64,000 nucleotides of DNA, taken from contig NMRA01000228.1 in NCBI GenBank assembly GCA_002633005.1, positions 170,194 through 234,193 of the forward strand, read 5' to 3'. A model generated the notes under the pieces. That model made no database searches. It worked only from the letters and a program-made list of their open reading frames with translations, and was not told where the DNA came from. The position numbers and the translations under genes were made by a program. Positions 47,273 to 59,884 of this stretch are shown one piece after another. The DNA is from Phoronis australis. Taxonomy: Eukaryota; Animalia; Phoronida. The stretch's first letter is position 1. Each line of letters opens with the position of its first letter.

Positions 47273-49091
47273 ATTTATCCTAGCAAAGATTTTCCTACAA
47301 AGAGTGTCTTCCTGTATATTGTATGAAATTTCAAAAAATTGTTTATCACATGTATTCTCAAGGGTGTAGCTACATCAGAATGTTCAATTTTTTTATTTAA
47401 GGGTTGCATGCCAGGCTTACACTAAGACTGGTTAGGAAGGAAATTTAAGTTTACTTCCTGATGCCCAACTCAAAACCTTTTATTTTCCATTTGGCTTAAG
47501 TATTCGTCAGTTGTCTACATTAAATACTTTTATGTCAATAATGAGTGCACAATTATGGTGAAGAATGGAAAAAAAATGTTTTTCCTAGTAGCACCAAACT
47601 GCCCAATAAACTTGCAGGAGTGACTGGCTTTTTGTGATGTTTGTTTGGCCATAAGCCCTCAGTAGAAAGTATGTGCGATATGCCCCTGTATTTCCACATT
47701 TGAAAGCTACGCCCTTCGTACTCTTTGGGTGCTGTTGTCAGTGTTTGTGCCATTTAAAAAATCAATACATATGTGTTGTGTAGTCAGCAGTAGCAGCTTA
47801 TTTTGTATTTACTGAGTCCGTCCAGGTTAATGCCCACTTTTGGGCCAGCACACACTTTATGGGTTTCCAAAATTTTCATGTCTTTTTGACCTTTTTTCTG
47901 TAGAATTTCAGCTACCAGTGTTTTATTTGTATCTTGTATGTGAATTTATTGAACACCTGTTAACTCAAATTGTTCTTTGAGTTATTGCCCCCCACAAAGT
48001 ATTCAGTTTTAACATGGCCCTGCTGTGGTTAATCCCCTCCCTTTGATTACTACAATTTTTCAATTTAAACACCTTGTGTGTTAACCCCAACAAGTGTAGT
48101 AATAACTTTATTCCTTAGCTATTAAGTTGTCTTCCTTACTACATAGTTTCATTGATTGAAGTTAGCTACATGTGTTAACACATTAGGTTGGAGTGAACAT
48201 GGTGTCTTGTTAAATAGAACTGAGTTGGTGGAGGGTTAGAACTTCTAGTTTCTCAGGCATATTATTCTTTCTTGCTTTTGAAAGTAAAGTAAAACCAAGA
48301 TTATAAAAACTTTTCAACATGTTTAAAACTTAGTACAAGTACATGTAGTTGTAAGCATTTCTGTGCTTGTGTTTTAAAGTACATAGTCAACCAAAATTGA
48401 CAAAACATTGCTAAATCCCCCTGCCTTGTGCGAAACTGTAACCCTGCGGTGGAGTGGTTGGCAGACCAGAATCAACTATTCCAACCATTAAATTGAATGT
48501 ATATATTTTTTACAATAGTTTGTGTGAGTTAGCAGTTTGGGTGAAAATTAATAGCATAACTTGAGAATGTGTGTCATATTTTTGTTGATGTTCTAAGAAC
48601 ATCACTTGTGTACGTTTTTTTTTGCTTTAGGTAACTTTTGTCCCCTTGATTGTTTAACAGTCTGTTTCATTCAATATTGTGTCATTTTATGCACAGGAAT
48701 GTGGCGAAATTTGCACATGAAAATATTACTCGTTGGAAGGAGACAATCAAATTTCGTAGCTGTTTTTGTCTTTGAACACATTTTGTTTGTTTCGAACTTT
48801 TGAGGTTTTTTAATTATAAAAATTTGTGTGGTTGTTTAAATGTACAATAAATTTTTCAAACAACTAAGTGTTTGTTCTTTACAACTTTAATAAACGAATG
48901 TTACCATCACCTATGAAGTCGGAGTATCTTGGCAGCAAATTTTCCTTGAGACGAGTTTTCTTGAACACCATGTTCCATTTGCTGCTTTGTGTTGATCACG
49001 ACTTGTTATCCCCTCGTCACTGCCATGAACCTGGGTCATCTATTACATCAACTGACGCCTGACGCGAGATCATCCTTTCGCCAATTAGGCT

Positions 49092-49307
49092 CAGGGCTTG
49101 AAATTTTCCTCTTTAAAGAGGATTTCCTCTTTTTTGGTTCCGATTTCCTCTTTTTTTCGTATCTTCTTTATCGTTATTTTGTCTTTATTCATGCAAAAAA
49201 ACGTGTCTTGCAGTTAAATTTTTCTATGGCATAAGCTAATTAATTTGTAGAACGACACGTCACCCAGAAAATTTTCCTTTTTTTGTCATTGGTCATTTCA
49301 AGCCTTG
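49092..49307. mobile_element. Short hAT-like MITE, related to the element at 55460
   Basis: TIR CAGGGCTTGAAAT...ATTTCAAGCCTTG; shared subterminal TTTTGTCATTGGTCATT; degenerate flanks taggct/aaggcc. Confidence 0.65.
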
Positions 49308-50835
49308 AAGGCCATTAAAAACAAATAGAACATCAACAAAACTTGCCTCACGTATAAATGCCTATCATCATTATATCATATCATATACAATTAATGATAA
49401 TGTTACCCCCAGGATTTTTGTATGGCATATAGCTCAGTTCAAATGTGCCAATTTAGTCGGACAATTCCTTATTCCGCTTAGTTTGCCTCGGCAGCAATCA
49501 TCGTCGTTCACCTGCCCTGTGTGACTTACTGAAATGATGCGTTTAATCTTAATGAAGACACCTTGTTTGCCGTCGATCTGTTCTTCATCTTTTAAAACGC
49601 CATGCTGCACCATTCTAAAGCCATTTCTTCTTCAAAGAGAATACAAAAGACGTTTAAGGTTATTTAGGAACCTAGAAAAATGTTCGATTTTGGCCAACTC
49701 CAAAACGTAATGAAATTGCTGATCACATGAAACTTTCAGAAATTATGCTTTATACACTGTTCTCCAAAACGGTGTTAGGAATTGTTTTTAAAATGGTCCG
49801 CTGTATTGCATCATGGGCTATCAAAAACAGGACTTTGATGATGATTTTTATGAAAAGAATTTAAGGCTCAGGGCATAAAATGAACACTAAACGACAGTCA
49901 CAGAGTTGTTGAGATTTTATCTTGGAATATTTACATTATATGAAATTTGGTCGTGGTATCCTGGTCACGTGTCCTAATTAGTGGCAGACTAGATTATGAT
50001 AAAGTTTACGGAATATCTCATACTTTCAGAAAATACGCACTTCTGATGAGCTAAATTGTGTAGTTTTGAATAAATTTGGCTAAATGCACAGACTTGTCGC
50101 AGTGGCGGATCTAGGATATACTATAAGAGGGGGGAGCAACATGTTGCCTCGGGGAATTGGGCAAAGCGCGGTTGTATGTGTACAGACGTTCCGAATGTTG
50201 CGGGGGCCGGGAGAGTATGGACCTCCTGTTCGGAACATCTATCGACCAAAAAAAGGGAACGCGATCTGGAGTCTGAGCCCGGGCCTCCGCCCTCCCCCCA
50301 CTTCCTTGTTACCCTATCGTGTAGAGACTTGGCTCTTTCATTGCCGATGAATAACATAAAGCCTCCTCTAATTGTCATTTACCCAGTCACCACTCGGGCC
50401 GGTTACGACCCGATGAATACTGTGAAGCGCTTTACATCAGAAGTAAATCTTATTAACTTGGTTATGATTGTGGTTAGTAGAACTTGCAGTTACAACAATT
50501 TTTGTCCATCTAGTAAATCCTATCTTATCGTATTAGATAGGCTAGGGCTGGATATTTTCCTCGGAGGGGGGCCGGTTCGATCGAACCCCGGCCGAAGCCC
50601 CCCCCCCCGGCTACGGGCCTGTTCCGATCCAAAACGTGGCATTATTTCAACGTTGAAACGACGTNCTGTTACGATCCAAAACGTGGCATTATTTCAACGT
50701 TGAAACGACGTTGTAATTCCTGCTGAAGATCAGTGACATGGTTAACGCGGGTATGGCAATAATTTCATTCCGGCCCCGCGTGACTCCTGAGTCACTTGGC
50801 TCTGTGAAAACATAGACTATAACGAGTATCTATGG

Positions 50836-50936
50836 TGATTGGCTGAGAGCGTTGATAAGAAACGTACACCGACAACAGATGTCGCTTATTTACAATATCC
50901 CAGAATGCTGCTCGGCCTTTTTACGTCGCCATATTG
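50836..50936 (+). promoter_or_regulatory. RPS15A: RPS15A promoter and short non-coding exon 1 (TCT initiator / 5'TOP)
   Basis: Reverse CCAAT (GATTGG ~50837); TACAATATCCCAGAATGC (50891-50908), resembling the ZNF143/SBS motif; polypyrimidine initiator CCTTTTT at 50916-50922; strong donor TG|GTGAGT at 50937. Confidence 0.7.
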
Positions 50937-51416
50937 GTGAGTGTTGGCTGCTTATCATGTTGTGTTTTAATAAATCTGTTAACATCTCATCTTGAGCGTC
51001 TCCAACGTAATGTATTTCTCTTCAGATGTGACTTGAATATTCATTTAATAGAGAGAGTCGAGTTTTTATTCATTTATCCTAGTTGGAAATGGAATTTTCA
51101 GACTTTGAAATTTATCTACCTCCCTGTAAGATCCCCTTCCCTATCGAATGCATTTTCGCTCTGAATGGAATCAATCTACAAAGAACACTTCACGCAATGC
51201 CCACCATTCAAAGCCTGGCATTCGTGCTGAAATTGCCTAAATGCTTATTAAATACAATATAGACTTGTACAAGTAACTCGACAATCATTCAGGCAGTCCG
51301 AATGCTAACTGTAATCGTGACGCTCAGGGGCGTCTCGTTATCGAACACGGACAGGACTTGTGAACTATTTTAGCGTCAAAACGATCGTACTTTTAAGTCA
51401 ACAGAAACAATCACCA

Positions 51417-51993
51417 TGTTGTACTATATAGTATGCAGCGTTTATTACAAAATCAAACAATACAGTCGCTAGTACGTTTACTCACAGGAAATCTTGGGTT
51501 GCGTTGTCGGACATTGTCGATCTTTGTTGTGAAGTTTAATGTGGTGAGCGTGCGTTTGTGTTTTATGCGTCTCGTTAGACAATTAAGCCCCAGCGCTTCG
51601 CAGGGAGAACTTATACGAGAACGATCACTTGCTTTAGGTGTAAATAGGGGTGAAATTAGACATATAGCCGAAAGTTTATGGGGCTAAACCTTAGTGGGCT
51701 TACGCATTCATAATTGCGAGCTCCGCTTCGACTGAATTTGGTAGAGCAGAAATGTCGCGTCTGTACGACGCTAGGAAAAGTGACCGAACCCCCGAAACCA
51801 CGAGGTGGCCCACTATTTATAGAGGTTGCCACATGACAAATCGGGCCAATGACAAGTCACCAAGTCAAAGTTCCTGGACTTGATGGATCCTGACCAAATA
51901 AGGCATGGTCAAATTATACTAACGCACTAGTACCGACGATAACCAAAGGTGTCCTGCTAATACAGAGACTGAGATGAGATCATTCCTGTTACA
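51417..51993 (-). mobile_element. LTR-like segment in RPS15A intron 1
   Basis: On the - strand it starts TGTAACA and ends TACAACA, with a TATA-like CTATAAATAG (~51815) upstream of AATAAA (~51441). No clear TSD was found. Confidence 0.35.
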
Positions 51994-52048
51994 CTAACTA
52001 ACCAAATGGAACATGCTTTAACTGAAGGCGCTTTTGACTGGTTGGATA

Positions 52049-52746
52049 CACGGGTGTCCTCAACTTTTGATCGTCCCCAATACACTATTTATAATATGAC
52101 ACTTCGGACTAGAAATTCCACGGGTGCTTCACTTCAGCCGTCTATAATAAACATAAAACCCAATAAATTTACACAAAACAGAGGTTCAACAAACCATGAA
52201 GTCGAAGAATTGTTCTTTCTCCCAATACCATTTACGGTGTCCTGATCCACCGAGTTCGCAAGAAATTCGCGGTCAAAGCACAAAAATCTTCCCAAAAAGC
52301 CTGTCCGGAGCAACTTCTTGGTCCCTCACGCAGGGTACGGAATTATCTGATGAGGTACGGATGTACGGCTATTGCTGATTCATCGCGGAAAGTCACGGCA
52401 TCGATAACTCGGCAATTGCCGTTCATCCGTAACTCATCGGATAATTCCGTATCCTGCGCGTGGGACCAAGGAGTTGCTTCGGACAAGCTTTTTAGGAAGG
52501 TTTTTGTGCTTTGACCGTGAATATCTTGCGAACTTGGTGGAGCAGGACACCGTAAATGGTATTGGGAGAAAGAACAATTCTTCATGGTTTGTTGAACATC
52601 TGTTTTGTGTAAATTTATGGAGTTTTATGTTTGTTATGGACGGCTGAAGTGAAGCACCCGTGGAATTTCTAGTCCGGAGTGTCATACCTTGTAGTATATA
52701 TAGTGTATTGACTATTGGGAACGATCAGAAGCTGAGGATGCCTGTG
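52049..52746. repeat. Long inverted repeat (arms ~335-345 bp, 16-nt spacer at 52386-52401)
   Basis: Arm-to-arm complementarity checked by hand over most of the length; mirrored ORFs at 52006-52245(+)/52434-52685(-) and 52196-52378(+)/52343-52585(-). Confidence 0.95.
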
Positions 52747-54133
52747 GTTGGATATAGGCAACACCTAGCCCCTCGGTTGGATGGTTAGGGGCTACAATAC
52801 TTCCCGTCGCTTTCTGTACGAATTTCGTCCCGTGTATTTTAAACAGGCGGTTGGCACAATTTGGTCACCGATGAGTTTTCACCTCGTCAAAAATACGTTC
52901 CGCACTTAAACTATCACTTAAAAAAGCGCCTATTTTCTTCAGTGGTCCTTTCTACTTGTACACATGTCTTAGATGAAGCTTTGTTCCGAGAATTAAGGTG
53001 ACTTTGGCGATGAATTCCAACTCCACTTTTTTGGTCATCGTTAACTTTTTCACCACACGCGCAATAACCACAAAGTATTTCAACTGTCACGTGAGTTAGG
53101 CAAAGACTAGTGCGAGACTGAGCATAGCGTGTAATGCTGGCGCATGACACTTGCAAAATAGCTTGGGAAGGTATCGGGTGAAATTTGTAAGATTTGTGTC
53201 CCTTGGGCTTTTTATTCGTCATCATGTGTGATTTCACGTAACTTCCTCAAATTGGCACACGTTAAGAGATACTAGAGCTAACCGCGACGAATTTTTTTCG
53301 ATTTGTTCAAATTTTCTTGACTGAATCGTCTCCAGACTTATGGCATGTGTTAATTATAACTCCATGTGCACATATGCATGTTTCATTTGATTTTATTTCC
53401 TGTATTTTGAAATTCGAAACTTTTTGTCGTGATGTTATTGTACTGTCGCCCCTGTATGCCTGCGGCATCCAGGGCAATGTAATATTCTAGGTTGGTTGGG
53501 AAACTAGAGTAGTTTTTGAAGCTTTCTTCTACTTGAAATAGGCACTGTGCTTTTGGAACCCACCTGTTTTAGTGACAGATTTTCTTAAATTGTGACTGCG
53601 AATTCCTGTGAAGGAAACGTGAACATAACTGGATGATTATACTATAATCCAATAGTTTTCTAACACTTGTGAAGTAACACATTCCGAATTTCCCTAAAAA
53701 CTGCTCTTTACAAAGCTGCAGGAAAAGCCAGCACATGTGAGTAGCTCTGGTTTCTGACTGGATACAGCGGTCCCTGACTCACAGAACCTGGCAATCACTG
53801 AATATCGGGCCAGTTATTTAGTGGATGAAACTGGTTCTCTACATTCAAACATGCTTGAAATAAACATTTATTAATTTAGTAGTTGAATCCCTCATGCTAA
53901 TTTTCATGCTGAACCCAAGCTAACCTGGAATAAAAACTTGGGTTATTTACAATCAGACTCCAAAGTCATAGCCACTTGATGCAGTGTTGACATTTTGTGA
54001 ACCTTTCTTTATGTTGATTACAAAAATGTATAAAACATTCTGATTTTCTTGTCTCTGCATGAACTACTGTTTGCGTCTGTCGTTTTGCATGAGAGTGACC
54101 TCATTGGAAAAAATACTATACTCTAAAACAGTC

Positions 54134-54240
54134 CCTTAGGCCTAACCCTAAGGAAGGCTAGCCCTAACTGTAATAGCCAAGGGAGTGTAGCCCTAACCCT
54201 AAGATTGAGTGGCAGTGGCCCTAACGACTAAGATTGAAGG
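54134..54240. repeat. Degenerate telomere-like (CCCTAA) repeat patch
   Basis: cctaaccctaa, gccctaac, ccctaaccctaa and ccctaac interspersed with short spacers. Confidence 0.55.
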
Positions 54241-54460
54241 CCAAACTAAAGTGATGTGCAATATTCAAGTCAGACTGTACAATGGTGCAGAAGGAAATGA
54301 CATGCTTGAAACTTTGAGAAGAGAAAATCAGTAAGTTTAGACATTTTTAGAATCTGTGTAAAGAGGCATTCAGAAAACACTAATGTCCAATTGGCTACGA
54401 GTAATTATAAACAATAGCCAAAAATTGAATGTCCGTTTTTTTTTCAGACAAGCCGCCAAA

Positions 54461-57400
54461 ATGGTGCGGATGAATGTTTTGGCCGATGCTTTGAAGAGTA
54501 TTTGCAATGCTGAGAAGCGAGGCAAAAGACAAGTCCTCCTTAGGCCATCTTCAAAAGTTATCACTCGTTTTCTCCAAGTAATGATGAAACACGGTAAGAG
54601 CTCTTTTGTAATGATAGTTAAAACTGCATTTTGTCCATTTTAGCTGTCGATGTTCAATTCAAATATATTTGGAGTTTGAAACCATTAACACATTCATCTG
54701 ATCTTAAGATATTGCGGAATGCAATGGCGGATTTAGAGGGGGGCCATGCTCCCCCCTAAAACTCCCAGATTCCATTCGGCAGTTCGAAAATGCGAACGTC
54801 TGACGGGCAAAATCCTTGCTAATACTCTGCCCTGGCCCCCCTAACTAAAAATCCTGGATCCGCCCCTGGAATGAGGCAGCAACTTGAGTGGCAAACAACA
54901 CGTATGTGTGCCATTTTCAAATCTGCAATGTTAGGGATGCTAACCCCAATATATTCTGAGTCGTCTTTTGAGTCACGGATTTCCATGTTCTTGAAGTTAT
55001 TTTGGAAAGAGTTTTATGTAAGAGTGTAAATCGCGTAATTTGATGACTTTTGTTCATTTTTAGCCAGCTTAACTTATCTTAAAAGTATTGTCTCAACTAT
55101 TGTCGAACTATAGGATTTCTTGACATTTTTTGTTAAACTTGTGTCTGGCAGGTACTCCAACAGTTTCACTTCCCTGAATGAAAAAGTTATAATGAGTCCC
55201 ATCAAGCACCAACTAGTTCAAGCTGATGTCGTAAACTCAAATTGAGTTAGCAGCTGAGACTCTTTCCATTGAAACATTCAGGCATTTGTGTAATTAAGAG
55301 CACAGACTAGCAGAAATAAATAAGCACAACAAAGTCTTAAACCAAAAACAAAGCAATGCAATGGTGGTGCTTCCATTAAGTTATGGGTTACACCGATCAG
55401 GTGTGAGTCCAAGTTTGCACTTGATTACACTATTATTTGAGCTACAAACTCACCTTATGCAGGGCTTGGAATTTTCCGCGGAAACGCGGATTTCCGCTTT
55501 TTTCAAATGTTCTGTCCGCGCATTTTATTATATTTCCGCGTAAAAAAAAATCGGATTTGATATAAAATCTCCACAGCAAATTGCTTTCTTACCGCGGCGT
55601 TGCAGACGACGTTCACCTCGAAAAGCGGAAGTTGCTCTTTATGTTTCGGAGGAAAGTAAATTGTCAACATTGCCGGGGCATCTGGGATAGCGTGGTGGGA
55701 TTTTCAATGGCGTCTTGTGTTATTGTAAACCGCGGCGACAAATACTACTGCTCTGCAGCCAAAAATGTGTGGGTTGAGAGTGGACGGACGAGCTAAAAGG
55801 ATGCTGACGCATGCTACTGATGGTAGTAAGGTTTTTTTTAGTCCTACCGATTTTTGTTGGTTCACATCGACTATTTCAAGGGTGGGTAGCGCGCATGTTT
55901 TGGGCCGTAAAAGTTTCCGCGTTTTTTGTCATTGGTCATTCCAAGCCCTGCTTATGTGACTTCAAGTTTTATAATTTAGAGGATTGCTTTGCAATTGATG
56001 AACATTTTCGACTGTTGGTGATATATGTGGTATTAGTGTTTTCCCTGATTATGGTTTCCACGTAAAACCGAAGCGTTAACCCTGAACTTTTTCATGTCTG
56101 TGCTCATAATCAGATTGATAATGAACTTAGAGAACTGTTACTGAAACTAACCATAATTTTTATTTTTACAGGCTACATTGGAGAATTTGAAATTATTGAT
56201 GATCACAGAGCTGGAAAAATAGTGGTCAACCTCAATGGCAGACTTAACAAAGTATGTATACCTCTCAGGAGGTGGAAACGATTTCATTGCCACGCCTTTA
56301 AATTCCTGCCATAAACCCCTAATCTCTAATCCCCTGGACAGGCAAAAAACAAACCCCCACATACCGTATTCGCCGTAATAACCGCCCATGCCCCTACAAG
56401 CGCCCCCCATGCGTTTTCAGACTTTGTTAATATATGCGCCCAGTCCATGAACGTGTACGTGTGAAAAAGGCCTTACCTACAGTCCCAAAATTCTACAGTA
56501 ACGTCTTCAATTTATCAATAAAATATCGGACAGTCCTGAAAAAAATCATTGTGCGCAGAATTTGTAGACCACGAGCCACGTCGCTATGTCGGTATTTAGC
56601 CGTGACTATACACTTCAAACTTCAGCCATGCCTCAAAACGAACACAAAAGCTTTGCTGATATTGCGAGGACCAATGGTCGGGCCTTTCAGAACAGAAGTA
56701 GTGTACTTGTCTATGGGATTGCTTTGTAGATATTTCCCGCTTTCAACAGGAATCCAAATTTCTTTGTACACGTGAAAACCGCGAATCGAAGACTAATAAA
56801 AAGCTTGGCCAGTTTTCAAAGCACGTGGCCAGGAAGCGCGTGCTACATACGTGAACCTGTCATCAAAGACATTAGTCGGGAAGTATCCATTCATGAAACG
56901 GGTAGCATAGCATCGGCAAGAAATGAATATTGGCACTAATTTCCGACAGGTTCTAATATTACAAAAAATGTTTGCGTTATTTTTAAGATGAATTGTTTGA
57001 TTAACCATAATTGGTGTTTTTAAGCCAAATATCCGATAAAATGACTACTGACAGTGAATGCTTACTCACCCTTACACCGAAAAATAACTGGCAGATAGAC
57101 TGCTTGTGCAAATTTCTTTAGACAGGCCTACAATGCACATCTCAGTAGCTCATTAGATTTGTTGCGTGGCTCTAGCCAAAAGACGGTCTCTGCTCTGGCA
57201 AATGAACTTTGGTGACACACACTCGCTCGCTTACTCACAAACGCAGGCAACTTCAAAACAAACGTCACATGACAACAACATGTGTGTTCGTCCAGACAGG
57301 GAATCGTACCTGAAAATTGGAGGCATGGCCATGGAATCGTTTCTATCCCCTGCCTGTGTTTGTTGTCAAAAATTCCTATCGCGTGTATTATCGGGTCCGT

Positions 57401-58421
57401 TGCAATGCACTCGTGATAACACAAGATTATGGGAAGTCATCGTTAGATATTTCCATGCATTCATGACAGTCATTGAGACGGCCACTTTTAAAAAATAACT
57501 GCGTGTACAGCAGGGCCAAGAGAAAAAAGACAGCATGTCTTAAAACAAAATGATGGCTTAACGAAGAATTTTAACATTAATGATTGAAGAATTTTATTGA
57601 AACCTACAATTCATTGGTTCAATTTGATAAATATTCAGATCGAGATCACAGACTGTTACTCACTGTCACACTGATGATCGGCAAATGCTGGCAGCCATGT
57701 TTTTCGGGCAGGAATATTTCCCATTCCTGTGTCGTCAGGGTGACCTCATATGGAATCCCTGCAGTGGCAAGTGTCAATCTCGCAAATTTGAACCCCCACA
57801 TTTCATATCCTAGACGAGTCCTTGCCTGCAATGTGGAGACCAGGGTCAACTTGACAAAAAATTAGTTGGAGGCTAGGGGTTAAAGCTTTCTTAATAGTAG
57901 AAGTGGAGAAATGGGAGAGTCTTAAACAGTTTTTGTGCTTAATGAGTTGATGTGATGTGAAATCAGTGCCCATTGCAGCTATGGTGTTATAATCACTAAG
58001 GCATAGACAGATTTGATCTTTGGTAAAGTGAACAGGTGTATCATGTAAACAGAGTGTAAGGAGGTTTCCTTCCCAAACGCTGAGTGGAGTTGGGACCAGT
58101 GTTCTCTATGACCTATTTTGATATATTGCTATGTCCCGTTTCGCTGTTCTTGTGAAATGTCGGAGACGTTCGAGTTTTCAGGTTTGTTGATGTTTATGCA
58201 CTTCAGACACATTTGGGTTTTCAGGTGTTGAGAACACTGGTTAGGGCTTGGAGTATTTTGGATAGAGATTCATAAATATGTTGCTGTGTATCTTGTTGTA
58301 ATTTGCTTAAATTCAAGTCATTTTTTTCTTGACAGTGTGGTGTTATTAGCCCAAGGTTTGACGTTGCTTTGAGGGACATGGAGAAGTGGTTAACAAATCT
58401 ACTGCCTTCGCGGCAGTTCGG
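54461..58421 (+). CDS. RPS15A: 40S ribosomal protein S15a (uS8), partial: first three coding exons; final coding exon not in the window
   Basis: Exons 54461-54593 ([45 protein letters not shown]), 56172-56251 ([26 protein letters not shown]) and 58336-58421 ([29 protein letters not shown]); GT-AG and in phase. No LTTS..GIMDHEEAR exon was found before 64000. Confidence 0.97.
54722..54868. mobile_element. Short MITE (CA(A/G)TGGCGGAT...GATCCGCCCCTG family); related left ends at ~50100 and ~63467
   Basis: TIR pair flanked by the 5-bp direct repeat GAATG. Confidence 0.7.
55460..55950. mobile_element. hAT-like MITE with 6-bp TSD
   Basis: Perfect 13-bp TIR CAGGGCTTGGAAT...ATTCCAAGCCCTG flanked by CTTATG on both sides; subterminal TTTCCGC repeats. 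Confidence 0.8.
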
Positions 58422-59884
58422 GTAAGTCTACCGTAATTAATGCCAGTGTAATTACATGTGTAAAAATAATGCTGCAGAGTTTTGTATGTTTTTGTAATGC
58501 CTGTCAGGGAATGGTTTATTGCTAGCACTCTTGAATGGGGATTTTATGCTAATTTATTGTCTCTAATAGCAAGTGAGAAATACAGCTGCTGCAATGTCAA
58601 TGAAAAGTAGTGTGTTGTTCAATATTTGTAAGAACGAGTGGTGCCTAAAATGGCCTGATGTCACAATTTGTGTACATGCACTTAATCAGTTTAAANAAAA
58701 CAAATGAATAATACGAATTGAAAGCGCAGTGGCTGAATAATTTAATGGCATAACTTTCAAAATCCATTTTTAAATTTGTACGCTTTGAATTTGTGAGGCA
58801 AAAACGGCTATTTTTCAGGTTTTCACTGAAGCCATTTTCGGCCAAATTTGGCACTCTGTAGCAGCCATAAAGCACCTTTCCTGAAATTGACTTTATAATA
58901 ATTTGTTTAGTCATTCCCAACCTGTTCATAATCTAAAATAAAAAATCTTGCCTCTAATGTAATTTTTGCGTACGAAGCATTACACGAACTGCACTTCGTC
59001 CCTTTGCATGTCCTCAGTTGCCTCTGCTGCCAATAGGGGGCTCTTGGAACATATAATTAGCTTGCGAAACACGACATAAAAACCTTGTATTTTGGAGAAA
59101 AGGCAGACAGCATTATTAATTTCCATTCTCTGAAAACGGCATTGATGATGATTGCTTATTACAAAAAATATGTAACGTAAATCAACTGGCATGCGTGGTT
59201 CTAAATGATAGATGGCGCTGCTTTTGTTTACGACGTAGAGACTGAAGACGCATCTAGAATAAGAGCAGTAACACGAGGACCTTGCTATAATTCAAGACTT
59301 CGCAAGATATTGCCCTGCATTTTAAATGAGAACACGTGGTTTTGGATAAATTTTAGAGAGGTTCTAGTGTTACTGCACTCACCCCTGCCTTGTTTTCTAT
59401 CTGCCTTGTTCGTGCCACAGGCAAAGGAAGGCACCCAAGGTGGATATGACCCCCTAGTTTTCAGTGCAAAAAATCATTCAACTTGTCAATAGTCATTGTA
59501 ACTTTGGGTTCATATTGTAATGTCCTGCTGGTTTCTACAAATTTTAGTCGCCACCAGTCGCCAGAAATCTGGTGTTCCCTCCACACACCGGGCACCCTAA
59601 CGCCGAATATTTCTGTCAGTGTGATCATCAGTGGTATAAAAAGGTACACATTCACAGTCAATAGAAAATAATTCGCGAGAGACAATTTTATTAATGGCTC
59701 ATTCATGACAGACATGAAGTAAACAGAAGTAACGGTCTCGACTTCATATATCACACATCTTTGACTGGTATGCTACAAAACTAGGCTAGACGTTGAGCTC
59801 ATTTACCGGCCACTTCATTCAGTAACTCTAACGATATAACAGCATCTTCAGCAGAAATTGCATCGTCATAAACATTGCTGCAGA

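Noticed and set aside
50084-50703. ORFs of 85-175 aa upstream of RPS15A
   Set aside because: They overlie GC-rich MITE fragments, one crosses an n, and they have no recognisable domain or splice support.
50620-50712. Direct repeat of ~45 bp (CGATCCAAAACGTGGC...AAACGACGT)
   Set aside because: The copies sit either side of the n at 50665; most likely a contig-overlap artefact.
52340-52410. CTGATGA followed by a small stem, resembling a hammerhead ribozyme core
   Set aside because: The required GAAA does not follow stem II and no stem I/III with a cleavage triplet is evident; other CTGATGA hits in the window also lacked the core.
55995-56085. Possible C/D-box snoRNA in RPS15A intron 2 (TTGATGA at 55995; CTGA at 56045 and 56082)
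   Set aside because: Non-canonical C box, no convincing terminal stem, and no rRNA/snRNA complementarity I could recognise; needs snoscan.
56360-57885. Transposon-like ends (TACCGTATTCGCCG start; GGGGTTAA end) in RPS15A intron 3
   Set aside because: No matching partner TIRs found in the window; probably TE debris but not classifiable.
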